Assembly (NCBI GenBank): GCA_008632985.1
Contig: QPGO01000306.1
Span: forward strand, 1-63,969
DNA: 63,969 bases
Origin: Psammoneis japonica
Taxonomy: Eukaryota
Direction of reading: 5' to 3'
Below are positions 10,701 to 24,100 of the stretch, one piece after another; within the stretch, counting starts at the first letter, position 1, and every line of letters begins with the position of its first letter. The notes beneath the pieces were generated by a model that was not told where the DNA came from, made no database searches, and saw nothing but the letters and a program-made list of their open reading frames with translations. The position numbers and the translations under genes are program-made.

Positions 10701-13253
10701 CAACAAACGTGTGGCACACACAATGGCATGCGTTCTTAGAGATCGGTGTCATTGCCTGAATGCCGCAGCCTTCTGCTTGAGCGTGTCAATTGTTGGGATG
10801 CCAACCACAAGCCAAATGGCCGGTGCTGCTCTATGACCTTGAAAGATGCCTTGCAAGGGAATCTTGATGGTGCCATGTGGTTCTTCTGAATCTCCGTGTG
10901 CTGTTCTAACACAGTGCTTCATCTGCATCAGTGTCCCAGTCATCATGAAGACTTCATCCTCTCCTGCTCCAAACCTTCTCATGCACAGAGCGGCTGCTGC
11001 ATGAAGAATGCAATCACAGCATGATTTGGCATCCGTGCTGTTGACAGCTCCCAGTTGATGTGACTGGTGGAACATGTCTCCCATCAGTGCCTTGTTGAGA
11101 GCACACAGAATCACTTGATGCCTCTTCCTGCTGCCGCACACCTCCCATGGAATTGCTCTGCATGCCTCTGCATTGTTGACGAGGGCCCTTGCCATGTGCT
11201 TGTTCATCTTGTCATGCATGGCATCGAATGGTGCAATGATTTGAAGTTTCTTGACATGTGAGGAGTCCATTTTCTTGGGGATCATGACGTCTGTGGCCCC
11301 AGTCCAACACTTGGGTGCACATCCATGCTCAGCCGGAATGGCTGACACTCACAGGAGTCAAACTCCGCCAAGGTCTCATCTGAACACCCTGCCTTGTAAT
11401 CCAAGAAGGCCAAAGGGGCTGCTGGTTGTGTGAGCCTTCATTTTCTTCCAGCCTGTGACATGCTCCTTGGTGGTGCAGTCCAGACAGATGTCCGGGAGTG
11501 GTGGTTGTGGTCACTTGAGCTGCTCAATGTATTTTGCTGCGTGTTCATCCACTCCTGGGGGGATGACATGGGTTCCGTCTAGCACTCTTTTTGCTGCAGG
11601 GGCATGAAAATTACAGCCAAAATCCCTGAGGAGAGGTTCTTTCACAAATGGAGCTGTGCATTGCCTTGTTCGAGTTTGGCCACATCTGGAGCGTCCTTCT
11701 CCTTTGCATGCTTCCTCCATTCCCTCTTTCATTGAGAACACCTTGTCTCTACCCTGTTTGGTCCCGGTGCCGTGACTGTTTGAAGAGCCAGTCAGGTTTG
11801 CCAGTCACTCTTTTGATGCGACTGAACATTCTCTTTTGCCAGTGGCTGTGCCGAACAGTGCGTTCCTCTTTCTCCTGAGTCATGCCAATTCTTCTGCTTG
11901 TTTTGCACATCGGATCTTGAACTCATCTTGACAAAGCTTTGCAGCTCGTCTTTTGAGTTTGCAATGTTGTTTCATTGCCAATTTGTGTTCTTCTAATGCT
12001 TGGTGAGGTCGAAGCCTGAGCGCGTCCATCCGTCCTGCACACTGCATCCGCCTTTCAATGATCTTCATGCCAACTCTCCAAAAATGGTGCAGCTTGTACA
12101 CCAGTCTCCACAGGTGAATCTCTTTTCTTGCTTTGTTGATGACATTGCTGCACTCCACCTCGTTCATGTGCAGTTTCCTGCATTGCAATTTTGCCTCTAA
12201 CCTGATTTGATGATTCAGTTGAAAGATTGACTTGCACTCTTGTTGTTCCGCCAGGCCAAAGTCATCAGAGTTTTCCAGTCAAATGGCTCTTTGCAGTGGA
12301 TCGTGTTTAAGAATTGCTGCCACCACGAGCTGGATGTCCTTCTTCACAACCTTTGGATCTTTCAATTTTCCTGCCAATTGATCCAAGATGTTCTCTGAAA
12401 GCTTTGGTGGTGTGAAACCCAATGCACTAGATTTCAAAATGTCAACCCACAGGAGGCAGTGGTCGGAGGTGCAATCAAAGTCACCAAATCCTGTCATTCC
12501 TGCCTTCGTCACTTCTGAGGTGGGGGATGTGAGTGTTGCATCAACCAGAATGTTGGAACGATTCTTGTCACATGTTGCCACTGCTGGAAGGTCCGGATGG
12601 TTGGTTTTCAGTGCATCAATTAGATGAAGGGACCCACACCATGCAATGAATGTCGTCCCTTGAACACTCTCATTGAAATTGCCTCTGACTACAATTGGGT
12701 TGCCCTCTGCCTGCCATTCCTTGATGTGGTTTGCCACGTCTTCTGGCACTGTTTGTTGAGGACAGCAAAGATCATTCTTAGAGAAGAGATGTGTTTCTTG
12801 TTGTGAATGGACTCTTCCTGGATTCGCTTGATTGTCTCAAACCAGTCAACACACTGCGACAATCCTTGTGTGTGCGCCTGATTTGCCCCGCAGTCTCGCC
12901 CATGTCCATCTGCCCAGTCCTGATGGATCTTCTCCACTTGAGACTAAATGGTGATTGACATGCCTTGTTAAAAGTTGTCCCACCCCACTGCACTGTCTTT
13001 TGTTTTCCGTTGAACAGTGCTTGTCAGTTGAGACGAGAGAGCTGTGTTTTGAAAGGTTCCGCCATTGATCTTTCCATTGCTTGTGTTTGGGGATTTGCTT
13101 GAAGTTCAAATTAATCTCTGTTGAGCCCATGATGTCAGAATGGTGTTCTGTGATCCAATTCATTGTTCCTTTGTGTTTGTCCTCAGAAGAAGGTGAAACT
13201 GGAAGCCCTCCGACATCACGAAATGCAATTCTGATGACGTTGTGTCGTTTCAT
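7774..13253 (-). pseudogene. LINE ORF2 (APE-RT-RNaseH-zinc finger), frameshifted
   Basis: APE: IRIAFRDVGGLP, GNFNE, SDHCLLWVD. RT: DAKSCCDCI (=KSCYDRI), QGIFQG, FVDDTD. RNase H: TDGSHKDG, RGELGG, VEGHKD, LNVEMDLSAK. Finger: CPRCG..HMLQC. Confidence 0.85.
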
Positions 13254-13305
13254 TGATGTGCTGTCTCCCCATGCCTTGTCCAGTTGACGACCAGCAGTGT
13301 CTTGA

Positions 13306-15642
13306 TTAACGTCCTCCTTTTGCGGTGGTTGTCGTGACCACTGAGGATGGCAGGGACTGGGGATCCTGGCCTGCTCCCTCGGCCTGAGAGCTGGGATGAT
13401 CTTCTGGGTCTCCTTGCTTGGAGTCCATCTGGGCCAAACCAGTGTCTTGGTCTTTTTCTGCTGGCAGCTCCTCCAATTCTTGAATCAGTGCTTTGTTCTG
13501 TTCTTGTGCTTCCTTTAATTTCAATCTGGTCAAGGGCACAGTTTTGACAGATGCACCCTCCTCTTGTTCGCATTCCTGATGATTCTCCAGATTCTCAAGG
13601 TCAAAGGTTGCCGAGCGTCTCGTGGCGGATGCATGCTGCGTGTCATTGTCCTTGTTCCTTGTGTGGCCAACAGATTCCACATCAGCAGCTTGGGATGGTT
13701 TTGCAGCCACTTCCTGTGCTGCTGCAGGTGGGGATTTGAGACCAGCTCCCATCCATCTGCTTGCTTCTTTTTGAGCATTCAATTCAGAGAACTTCCGTCT
13801 TTCCGCACCATCCGCTTGTGCTTTCTCATCAGTCCACTGCTCTTCCACACCCCAGGGGTCCTCCTTGATCACATCTGACAACATTTTGCTGTCCTTGGAT
13901 GTTGTGAGTCCAGTTTCTGGATCACACTTTGACTGCTTGTACATGGCTGTCCCTGTGGCTGTGAACCAGGGTTCTGCGGAGGCTCCACAGACATGCAAAC
14001 ATTCCGGGACAATGTTGTTGATCATTTGTGCCACGTGATCAACCAATTTCCTTGGGAATGTGATTGCATGATCGGTCGGTCTATTCCACTTGACATCAAG
14101 ATGATGAATCAGTGGAATGATCTTTTCTGGATTGGTGGGATCTGGAATCCTTTTCTGCATGAGATGTTGCAGTGGTGCCATCTCTCCACCAGTGGCATGT
14201 GTCTTACGGTCCGGGTTGTCTAGAAAGCCAAAGTCAAGTTGTCCCACAACTTTCTGACAAAAGAAGTGTTGACGTTTTTGGAATTTGTTGATGTTCTTGT
14301 TGGTTTTGTCTGAGGCATGCTGTGTGGTGGAGTTTGAACAGCAAGGAACAAAACTTGGTTCCAGTCCTAGATCCTTTTTCCTGGCACCTGCCCTCCACAG
14401 TTGTTCAGCTGCGAGCTTGACTTTGTGCGCTTTGCTGGACTCAACAATGACATGAAGAGCTTCCGGATTCTCAGTCGGTGCATTTCTGTCAAAGGTGGGA
14501 CGTTTTCTGTCCCTTCCTGCAATGGATCTCCATTGAATGCCCAGGCTGTCACAATCTTTGCCTGAGCCAAGAGCTTTGCCAAACTGTTTGTGTGGTGTCC
14601 GCTCGCTCATTGTTTTGGTGCTCTGATGCAACCATCCAATGCATTCAAAGTGCATTGATTGACAAGGCATGGGGTTGTGTGCGATGGAGAATTTGCCTTT
14701 TTCCATGTCAGCAAACATCCCTGAAAGTTGAGAGCCACAGTTTGCCACAGTTCAAGGACTGCAATCTTCTGACACCTGGATGAGATGAAGTTGGCAGCAT
14801 GTCGTGTGTTCACAGTTGGCTCTTGGGTTGAGATGATTGACTCCCAGGAAGGCGCTTAAGATTTCTCTTTCTTTTGCTGGTCCTTCCGGAACATCTTCTG
14901 GAGAGGCCAGTTCACCAAAGGTGTCCTCTAGATCAGGGTCCCATGTGCCAATGCGTGCTTTGTGTCCAAGCATCTCCTGCGTTGTTGCAAACAATTCTCT
15001 TGGGACAGAAGCCACTGCTTTCAAGGGCTTTTTGGAAGGTGGGATGGTTGGAAATGCATTGCATCACAACTGACGCCAAGGGATGCCTTCTGCTTGCTCA
15101 GTGGATTTGGTTTCTTGTGGTGTGTTGGTTTGCTGCAACTCCCTGTCATTCGCTTCTTCCTCATTTTCTTCGTCTTGTAGTGTGTTGGTTTGCTGCAACT
15201 CCTTTTTGTTCGTTTCTTCCTTGTTTTCTTTGTCAGATTCTGTTGAATGGTTTTTGCTTGTGAGTTGTTGAAAGGTTTCCTCTTCATCTGAGGGTTCTTC
15301 ATGCATGTGATCTTCTTCTGTGATTGCAATTTCCACCGGAGTGATTGCTTTTGTGTTCTCATCTTTTTGGTTTTTTCTGCCACGTGTGAAAGGTTTCTCA
15401 TCGTCCGGTGTGAATTTTTTCTCCTTGGTGTTGTCTTCCTTGGTGCGTGAATTGTGCGTAGAATTTGTGCAGGAGTTTTTGGTTTTTATGGTCTTCCACT
15501 TGTTTGTTTCATTGTTCCGTTCCTCATTGTGAGATCCTTTGGTTGTTTCATTGATTTGACCTTTGCCCTTTTTCTTTTTGTCTCCTTTGTGTGGTGAGGT
15601 GTTTTTCTTTCCGCCGGTGCTTCTGCGTTTTGTGCCACCCAT
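13306..15642 (-). pseudogene. LINE ORF1, fragmented
   Basis: Basic/acidic low-complexity N-terminus MGGTKRRSTGGKK and consecutive fragments (15064-15642, 14752-15024, 13306-14748) directly upstream of ORF2. Confidence 0.65.
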
Positions 15643-15783
15643 TGTGCAATTTTTTTAGCTTGTTGTTTGTGCGCATCAAAGGAACAGTCAAAGCCATTGT
15701 TGTTGCATTGTGCACCAGGGCCCTGCTGCTGTTGCTCTGCTCTGCTCTACTCTAAAAATCACACACGCAAAACAAGAATCAAA

Positions 15784-17842
15784 ATGGGAAAAAAGACGGC
15801 TGATGCAAGTCTCAAGGGCAAAAAGCCCATTCATCGAGGCACTCAAAAGATGGCCACTGCGTCCAATCCGGGTTGGATTGGGAACAAACTGAAATGCTTG
15901 GAAATGCACGGAAAGCATCTCATGGAAAAGAAGCGTCAAAAGAACATGGCTCATCGTCAACGCGCCAAGGAAGCCAAGGCACTCAAAGAAGAAGCTCCAG
16001 CAAAGCCCACGCTGCGAACTCTCCAAAACACGCGCGAGTTGGAGCTGTTGGAAATGGTGGGTTAAAAGTTCAAACACCAAAATTAGACAGTGTGAAGAAG
16101 ACGCATGTGTCAGCGCTCATGTGCTCCACGTGAAGCAACAAAACTGCCGATGGAAGCAGTCATTGTTCTCTTTTGACTGTTGCAATTTATCTTTCTCTCC
16201 ACCAGGGTCAAGGATCCAAACAAATCGGATTGGCCAAAGCTGGCGAGGCTCATGAATTTCCTCAAGACAACCCATCTTGATGTCACAGTCATGTCGGCTG
16301 GAGAAAAAGTCATCATTGAGTGGCACACGGATGCCGCATTTGCAGTCCATCCGGACTGCAAAAGTCACACAGGTTCTGCCATGACCCTTGGAAAAGGTGT
16401 CATTGCATCAGTCAGCACGAAGCAGAAGATCAACACCAGGAGTTCTACAGAAGCAGAGATTGTCGCAGGAGACAATGTTTTGGCAAAGGTCCTTTGGACC
16501 AAGTGTTTTGTTGAAGCTCAAGGTTTTGAAGTCAAGCGTGACATCATGCATCAAGACAACCAAAGTTGCACGAAACTAGAACAAAATGGCAAGGCCAGCT
16601 TGGGCAAACGCATGGGACATTTCAACCTCAAGCATTTTTACATCACTGACCTCATCAAGCGAGGAGAACTTGAGATTGAGTTCTGCCCAACAGACAAGAT
16701 GATGGCAGATCACATGACCAAACCAGTGGTTGGTAAAAAGTTCATTGTTGATCGTCAAGCCATCATGAACATCCAAGTGCCCAAGATGGTCAAATTTGGA
16801 AACAGCAAGAATCTTGTCATTGGTCAGCAGGAGTGTGTTGGAAATGGTGAACTAAAAGTTCAAACACCAAAATTAGATGGCGTGAAGAAGACGCATGTGT
16901 CAGCGCTCATGTGCTCCACGTGAAGCAACAAAACTGCCGATGGAAGCAGTCGTCATTCTCTTTTGACTCTTAGAAAGCATTGTCATAACAAGCTTGTCCA
17001 TTTTGGCCTCAGGATCAGACCTCAGAGGATTGAGGTGGCTCTGGAATGGTCACCAGAAGGATAAATTACAACAGCAACCAATGCCAGCAAAACCACACGA
17101 TGAACAAGTTGCCGCCAATGAAGCCAAAGATGGGTTTGCACCGCACTTTGATGATCAAGTGTGGCCCAAAATGCTCATCACCACAAGACCACGTCCGTTG
17201 AAACAGCTCTTTTATTTCATTGCAGACTTGCAATGATTCATTCCGCAAGTGCACTTTTGTCCTCTTAAATCCTTTACAGTCAAGGAAATTTGTGGCTTTG
17301 CTGCCAATCGCGGCTTTGCCCATTTGATTGTGTTGAGTGAAAAGTCCAAAGCATGCAATGGCATGACCATCTTGCACATGCGGGTGCAAAAAGGACACGT
17401 GACGGCCGGCCCCACCGCCTCTTTCAAGGTGAGCAATGTCATTTCATTGACCAACGTTCCCAATCATGGGTCGGCCGCCAGCCACATTCCCGAATTGGTC
17501 TTGAATGGATTTGGAACACAACTTGGACATCAGGTCGGGCATTTTTTGGGGAGTTTGTTTCCACACAATGCTCAGTTTCAGGGACGGCAAGTGGCGACCT
17601 TTCACAATCAGCGGGACTTTGTCTTTGTCAGACATCATCGACATGTCTTTGAGCCGTCCAAGAATGTCAGCAAAGAAACACAGCAACCCAAGACCAAGGC
17701 AAGGTTTAAAGAATTGGGACCTTGATTTGCTCTCAAGCTCTGGTGGATTCAGGAGGGTGCATTTGACACCATGTTTGGTGAGTGCAAATGGATTCACAAG
17801 CGCAAAGAGATGGACACGACGTGCAGAAAGTTTCACTTGTAA
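15784..17842 (+). pseudogene. RPF1: RPF1-like Brix-domain ribosome biogenesis protein pseudogene, interrupted by Copia
   Basis: N-terminus ..IGNKLKCLEMHGKHLMEKKRQK..TLQNTRE; after the insertion PKMLITTR, GPTASFKVSN, HIPELVLNGFGTQLG, GRQVATFHNQRDFVFVRHHRHVF, ELGP*FALKL, RKFHL*. Internal stops. Confidence 0.85.
16046..17073 (+). mobile_element. Internally deleted Ty1/Copia (CoDi-like): partial LTR, RNase H, PPT, LTR
   Basis: Direct repeat TGTTGGAAATGG.. at 16046 and 16836, the second preceded by CAGCAGGAGTG. ORF 16180-16923 carries Copia RNase H motifs DAAFAVHPD, SSTEAE, QDNQS, ADHMTKP. Right end approximate. Confidence 0.85.
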
Positions 17843-18252
17843 GATTTTGCTGGCAGTGCAGCACCGGCAGCACAGCTGATGATTGTCAATGATCCATTGT
17901 TTGCAAGTTTTTTGTGTGGTGCTGAAATGCTAAAGAACATGCACATGGATTGGATGTGACCCAGTTGGTTCCCTGTCACATGTTCGACATGCCGCCGCCG
18001 TCTTGCACCATTTCGTGAAGTCGCGTGCGTCATTGTCTTCTGCCTTGTTTTTGAGGCTTGGGGTTTTGGGGGGAAAATTTTTCAACAAAAGGGGGGATCC
18101 CCCAGATGAAAAAGCGGGGGTCCAGATTTTGGAAAGCACTGAGAATGGATGATCAAACAAACCTAGAAAGCTTCAACTGTTGGTGCCTGGACTGACCTGT
18201 CATTGCATGCAAGGAATGGAGACAGTCTCATCTTGTTTGATAGAATTCTTGT

Positions 18253-18400
18253 TTAGTTTTCATTGAAAAAGAAGTTCCTCAGCAGAGAAAAGATGTGCTC
18301 GGCAGCACCAGAAGATGGCTGAACTAAAGCAACGAGGCATGGGAGTGGAGCTGCATGCAGAAGCGGCGGCTTGTCACCGGATGATTCATCTGCAACAGGC
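18253..18400 (-). pseudogene. hAT-like transposase C-terminal dimerisation fragment
   Basis: LVALVQPSSGAAEHIFSLL resembles the hAT PxSSAxxERxFS motif; lies in a decayed TpA-poor block (about 18060-20880). Confidence 0.4.
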
Positions 18401-20885
18401 GCATCTTCCACCGTCACATTGTTTTCATTGTCTCTTGTCTCCGTGCTGTGTTGCAACTTGCAACTCACCACTTGCTGCAAAATGGCACACTGCGTGCTGC
18501 GCATGATGCACTCACAACCCAGGTCTGCCAGACACAAACAAACTGCCCCCCCCTGCTCCCCCAAAACCCTTGAGCCCATGTGTCAAGGCTTGTTCTTGTC
18601 TGCAAAACAAAATGCTGTGTTGTGCATTGCCCATCAGTGCAGCTCAGGATCTCACATCATGGTTGTTCCATCGCCCTGTCAGAGAAAGCAAACTTGTGCC
18701 CTCCAACCTTGTAGAATGCCATCTTGTGCATGGTTGGAGAGTGCACTTGCACTTGACTTGATGGCAACTGAGGAGATTCTCTGCCATTGGTTGTCTCATG
18801 GTCATGCCACAGCCACAAGATTCAAAAACAGCTTCAGAGTTGAAATTGGTTCAAAGACAAAAGTGAGAATTGGCGTGGCAAAACAAAAAGCATTGGCAAC
18901 AATCATCAAAAACACAGCCACAACAGTCGTGCGGTGCTCCAAACCAAAAGAGCTCACATGGAAGGGTGCCACAAAAAAAGTGCAAGCAGGAGCAGAAGGA
19001 TGCATTGTTTTTGCTTTTGTGCTGAAAAACACAACAACAAAAGCAAGGCTTCTTTCTGTTTTGTCCTTTCCTCTTTTCCAGGCTGCTGCTCTCATTGTGG
19101 CCAAGCACTGACGAGGAGCAGGTGACAAGGTTGTTGGGTTGGTGGGTGGGTCACAGCTCATGGTGTGGTGCTGGCAGCCATGCAGCAGGCTGCACAAAGG
19201 ATGCAGAGATGACCATGGGCTCCAGCTCTGCAAGGTGCAAGAGGGGGCACAAGGGTGCTTGCATGGAGTGTGGTGAGCTCTTAGAAACTCACAATGAAAC
19301 TGCAGTCTCTGGTGGTGAGTGCGCAAGTTGGCCAATTTGTCTGCTGTGCACCTGCTGACATGGTGAAATGCAAACTGAGTTTGCAAAGCGCTGGTGGCAG
19401 CTCAGGGAAGTTGTGTTGTTCCAAGACCAAATGGTCACCTTGTGCAATCCTGGGCCAATCATCAGGACAAAGATGCTGCAGCACCCTGGTCTGCTGGTCA
19501 GGCACAAGACATGCTGGTTCTAGCTCAGGGGTGAGCAAGCAAGGTGGTCAAGCAATCTGTGCCTCATGGCAGTGCAAGGGCCGGCCAAGGGCCAAATTGA
19601 TCAACACATGCACATTGACTTGCTCTTTGGCCAAGCAGGGGCCCAAAACTGAGGTGGCCCTGTTTTCCGGTGTTGTGCACATCAAGCAGACTAAAACCTC
19701 CTTCCCAAAACAGCTTGGCAACTGTGCATGCTGCAGGAAAACAAAGATGAAGGTGTGGCAGATTTCACACAAATGCATCATGTTGATGCAAACCTTTCTC
19801 TTTCCGCAAACAATGCCCTGGTGGGAACAAGAGCCAGCGGTTGACAAATCACTGAAGCAAAGCTCAAAACACACAACACGCACCCATCATGATGCAGGCA
19901 AAACAGCTCAAAACCCAAAAAACCAAGAGCAGGCAAGGGCCATTGTCATCTTCTGTTGGTCAGATCTCATTGCACCCTTCTTGATCTGCCAAAAGGCCCC
20001 CACACCAAGAAAAATGGCCAGCTCATTGTTGCTGCGCCTGGCGTTGCCATGATGAGTGCTGGCAATGGCGCAAATGTGCTGGAGGCCATTGTTGCAGCTG
20101 CTGGGGACCCCACCACTTTCACTGCAGTGAGAGCAAACTCACCACATGCCAGCACCAGATGCTTTGCCCTGGATGCTTTGTTGCCCCAGACCAGAGCCAT
20201 GCCATTGTGGCTGGTGGCCACACACAAAATGTGTCCAAAATCACCTTTGCAAGTCTCCAGCCCACAAACTCACATGTGAGCCACCCTCAATTTGCTGCAG
20301 CAATGCACCCATGCACAGCCACAGAGCTGTTTTTTTTTTCCTGCCAGCCCTTTGATGAAGAAGACACAATCATAGAAGTCGTTGTCGCTCCATGGCAAGA
20401 AGAGGCACTGGCGCGAGAGCGCAAAAAAATTGAGCAGAAGCCAATCTTGTGCACCTGACAAACAAGCAGGCAAGGCATGCTTGTGTTGCAACTCCCTGGG
20501 AAGGCGGTCCATTGGGTGTCTTTTGTGAGGCAACGAGGCTGCTCCCCCAGATGTTGCCTTGTGCTGCACGTGTTGTCCTTTGTGCAAAATGTGCCTTTGT
20601 TTTCTGAGGCAACTCTGCCACAGATGGACTGTGCAATCTCGCGGTTGTTTGTTTGGCAGACGATGGTTTCGCTTCTCCATTGTTTGTTTTTTCCTCGTTC
20701 CACGTGGAAGCAGAATGACCAACGATCCTGATCCTAGCTTTGCGAACTAAACTTTGCAGCCTGTTTTAGCCGTTTTCTGGCCTTTTTGGCCTCTTTAGGA
20801 CGTTTTGACGCTTTTAGGCTTTTCTAGAGTGACAACAGTTGTGGCGGTTTGTTGCTGTTTCAGGCTCTTCTGTTTGGATTGCGGA

Positions 20886-21176
20886 TGCCAAGTGGCGCCA
20901 AGCAACAGTGTGAAGCAGCGTTGTAAAGTTGACTGTTGCTAACATTGTGAGAAGAAATGAAAGAGATTCGGCTGCTCCGAAATCTCGTAGAATTAACACT
21001 AAGAAACCGCGTAGAAATGTGAAGAAACAATCTTTCGAGAGGCATCGAGATGTATCGAGAAAGGAGAAGAGGTTTCTAGAAAGTGTCATCGTTGACATCC
21101 TTTTGACACTTTTGACACCAGGTTGACACCCACGAATGAATGTACGAATGAACACAGATGACCGTGACATTCGGCA
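20886..21176 (-). repeat. 3' LTR of Gypsy copy A
   Basis: 291 bp, one of four copies, adjacent to the PPT. Confidence 0.95.
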
Positions 21177-21197
21177 CTCGCTTCCCCAATTGAGACG

Positions 21198-24100
21198 TTA
21201 GAAGACAGGGTGAAGACGGCGGATGTTGATACGTTCAGTGACGTGAGGCGAGCGCTGGATGGTAACGGTTCCATTGGTGTGGACACGTACGATACGGAAA
21301 GGACCATCTTTGGTGTTGAGTTTGCGTTGGATGTCTTTGGTCATAACGAAGACTTGATCGCCGATGTTGTAGTCGCAAGTAAGACGTTTTGCGTTTTCGC
21401 GGAGATTGTTGCGTAGGACATCGCGCTTGCGACGGGTGTTAATCATTTTCCAGTTCGCAAGATAAGTAGCAGAAATGACCATGTCTCGACCGAAGACAAT
21501 TTGTCCGGGAGACGACATAAGGGCAGTATGGTAGGTACTGCGCAAGGCCCATGCAACGGATTGCAAAATTCCATGAATTGTGTCTTCATCATGATCGCGA
21601 GAAGGGAGATCCATCGCACGGAGAGAATCGGCTATCACTTGATGAATACGTTCAACGAACGCGTTGGCTTGAGGATTCTTGATTGTTGTAGGTTTCGGTT
21701 TAACACCATAACTGTAGAGGAGATCTGTAAACTCGGAAGTGAATTCGGAACCGTTGTCATAAATGACAATTTCTGGTCGCGGATAGCGACAAAACCACTC
21801 GCGATCGACGATAAGTGAAATGTCTTCGGACGTTTTGAACTTATAGTTCGCGAGTTCGACCCAACGGGTTGCGACATCAATAATTGAAACGGCTCTGATT
21901 TTGCGATCGACACCATTTTTGTCGGCACACGTCCAGGGACCGAAAAGATCGACTTGAGTTGCCTGCCAAGGTTTATAAGTAGTATCTGGAAGAGGCAATT
22001 CGCCATAGTTTGCCGTAGTACGCTTGGATTTGGAACACGTGCGGCACTTACGGACAAAAGTACGGACTTTCGTCTGCATGTCGCGAATGTAAAAATGTGA
22101 AGCCAAAGTTTGGTGGGTGCGATTAGCACCAGGATGGCAGAGAGTTTCATGGTGCCACCGTAGAACTGCAGGAAAAAGCGTTGGAGGGAGGACAATCTTG
22201 TTCTTGTAAAGGACAATCTGTTTTCCGTTGAACAGTTCGGCTGAGTAGGATTCGGACTTGTCGAGTCGTTGCTGAAGAGCAGAATCTTTTTTCTGATGGT
22301 CGGCGATAATATCGAAAGTAACGGGGAATATTGAAGGATCGATTTCCAACGAAGTCATTTCCTCGTAATCGCTTTGATCGACTTGGACAATAGGATGGCG
22401 ACTCAAAAAATCAGCCACGACATTCTTGTGGCCTGGCAGGTACTCGAAAGAGCAATCGCATTCCTCGAGAAGCAAACGCCAGCGTTTGACGCGTTCTGAC
22501 TTGAATTTGTCAAATGTAAGATTTTTGTGATCGGTAAATAGGCAGCATCGATGACCAAAAAGGATGCTTTTGAAATTTTCGGTCGTTTCCACGAGCGACA
22601 GTAGCTCTTTTTCCATTGTCGTGTAGTTTCGTTGCGCTTGAGATGATTTTCGGCTGTAGAATGCAATTGGCCATTCGCCATCGTCAAAATCTTGAGTAAT
22701 TATTGCACCAAGTTGATAATCACTCGCATCCGGATAGACATTGAAAGGTTGAGAGAAGTCGGGGAATCGGAGGAGGATTTCGCGTGCCATAATTTTTTTC
22801 ATCTGATTGAAAGCTTCCGTGTGGACGTCAGTCCACTTGAATTTGACTTTGTCTGATGACAGCGCAGTTAAGGGCGTAAGAGTGTGGCTGCGTCGGTACC
22901 ACAATTTCTTGTAATAATTCACGAATCCGATGAAACCACGTAATTGTCGACGGTTTTGAGGGCGAGCGAAGCGAAGTGAGGGCAGGATTTTCTTTTTCTG
23001 AGGCTGAACACCTTTTGTAGTCATGGTATAGCCTAAGCAGTCGACGGTCTTGGCGGCAAGATAGGATTCTTCGACATGTGCGTGAAGATTGTTCGCGAGG
23101 AGCCGTTGCAAGACGAGTTCGAGTCGTTGACAGTGATGGTTGAAGTTGTTCTTGGTAAAGAGGATGACATTGTCGATGTAGACTATGATATCTTCCACAT
23201 CATGAAAAATGTCTGTCATGTAAGCTTGAAAAATATCGCTTGCCGGTTTGATTCCTTGCGGTAGGCGGTTGTAGCAATACTTGCCCCACGGCAGGATGAC
23301 ACCGCAGAGTTTTTTTGACTCGTCGTCAAGCACGAAGTGACAGTAGCCTCGGTTGAGGTCCAAACATGTCGCATGGGTAAAGCCGTTCATTTTCCATACG
23401 ACGTCGTCGATAATAGGTAGTGGATATGGATGCCGTTCGAGACACTCGTTGAGTTTCCGTAAATCGGATAAGAAACGGATACCACCGCTTTTCTTTGATC
23501 GAAAAAGACAGGGTGCGCCCCAAGGAGAGTGAAGTTTGCGCGTAATAACATCGATTTTTTCCAATTCATCCACTTCTTTGCGAGCCATGGGATATAACGC
23601 TTGCGGAATAGTGTAAGCTTTCGCACAGCATGGACGCGATCCTGGTTTCAGGGTCAAATGGACGGGTTTACCGGGTACAGCTCCAAGTGTACCATCGAAT
23701 AATTGCGGGTATCGTCCGAAGAGTTCGATGAGTTGGTGCTGTTGATCGTTATCAAGGTGTTTGCAGCGTAGAACCATGTCGCGATAATTGTGCTTGTCGT
23801 ACGCATTGCTCGTCATACCTCGAACTTGACGGTTGACGGCATTCTGGAAGAACTTGGGTAATTCAGCATCGCCGGGATGAATTGCATTAACTTCGACTTG
23901 GTCGAAAGAGCCCTTGGATCGCATGGATAGGGTAACATCGCCCCACGTGATTGTTTGATGTCGAAAATCAAAAACGAGTCCCATTTCTGTGGCGGTTTTC
24001 TTCCGATGATAACATCGTGTTTTCCTACGGCTTTGTCTTCCACATGAGCATCGACGGAAACCTTCTTGGACGATGCGAAGTCTGGGAACTTCAATGTCAG

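Larger units (their letters stand above)
7560..15660 (-). mobile_element. Degenerate, apparently full-length non-LTR retrotransposon (Ambal-like LINE)
   Basis: Ordered minus-strand fragments of ORF1, APE endonuclease, RT, RNase H and a C-terminal CCHC finger over about 8 kb. Ends approximate. Confidence 0.85.
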
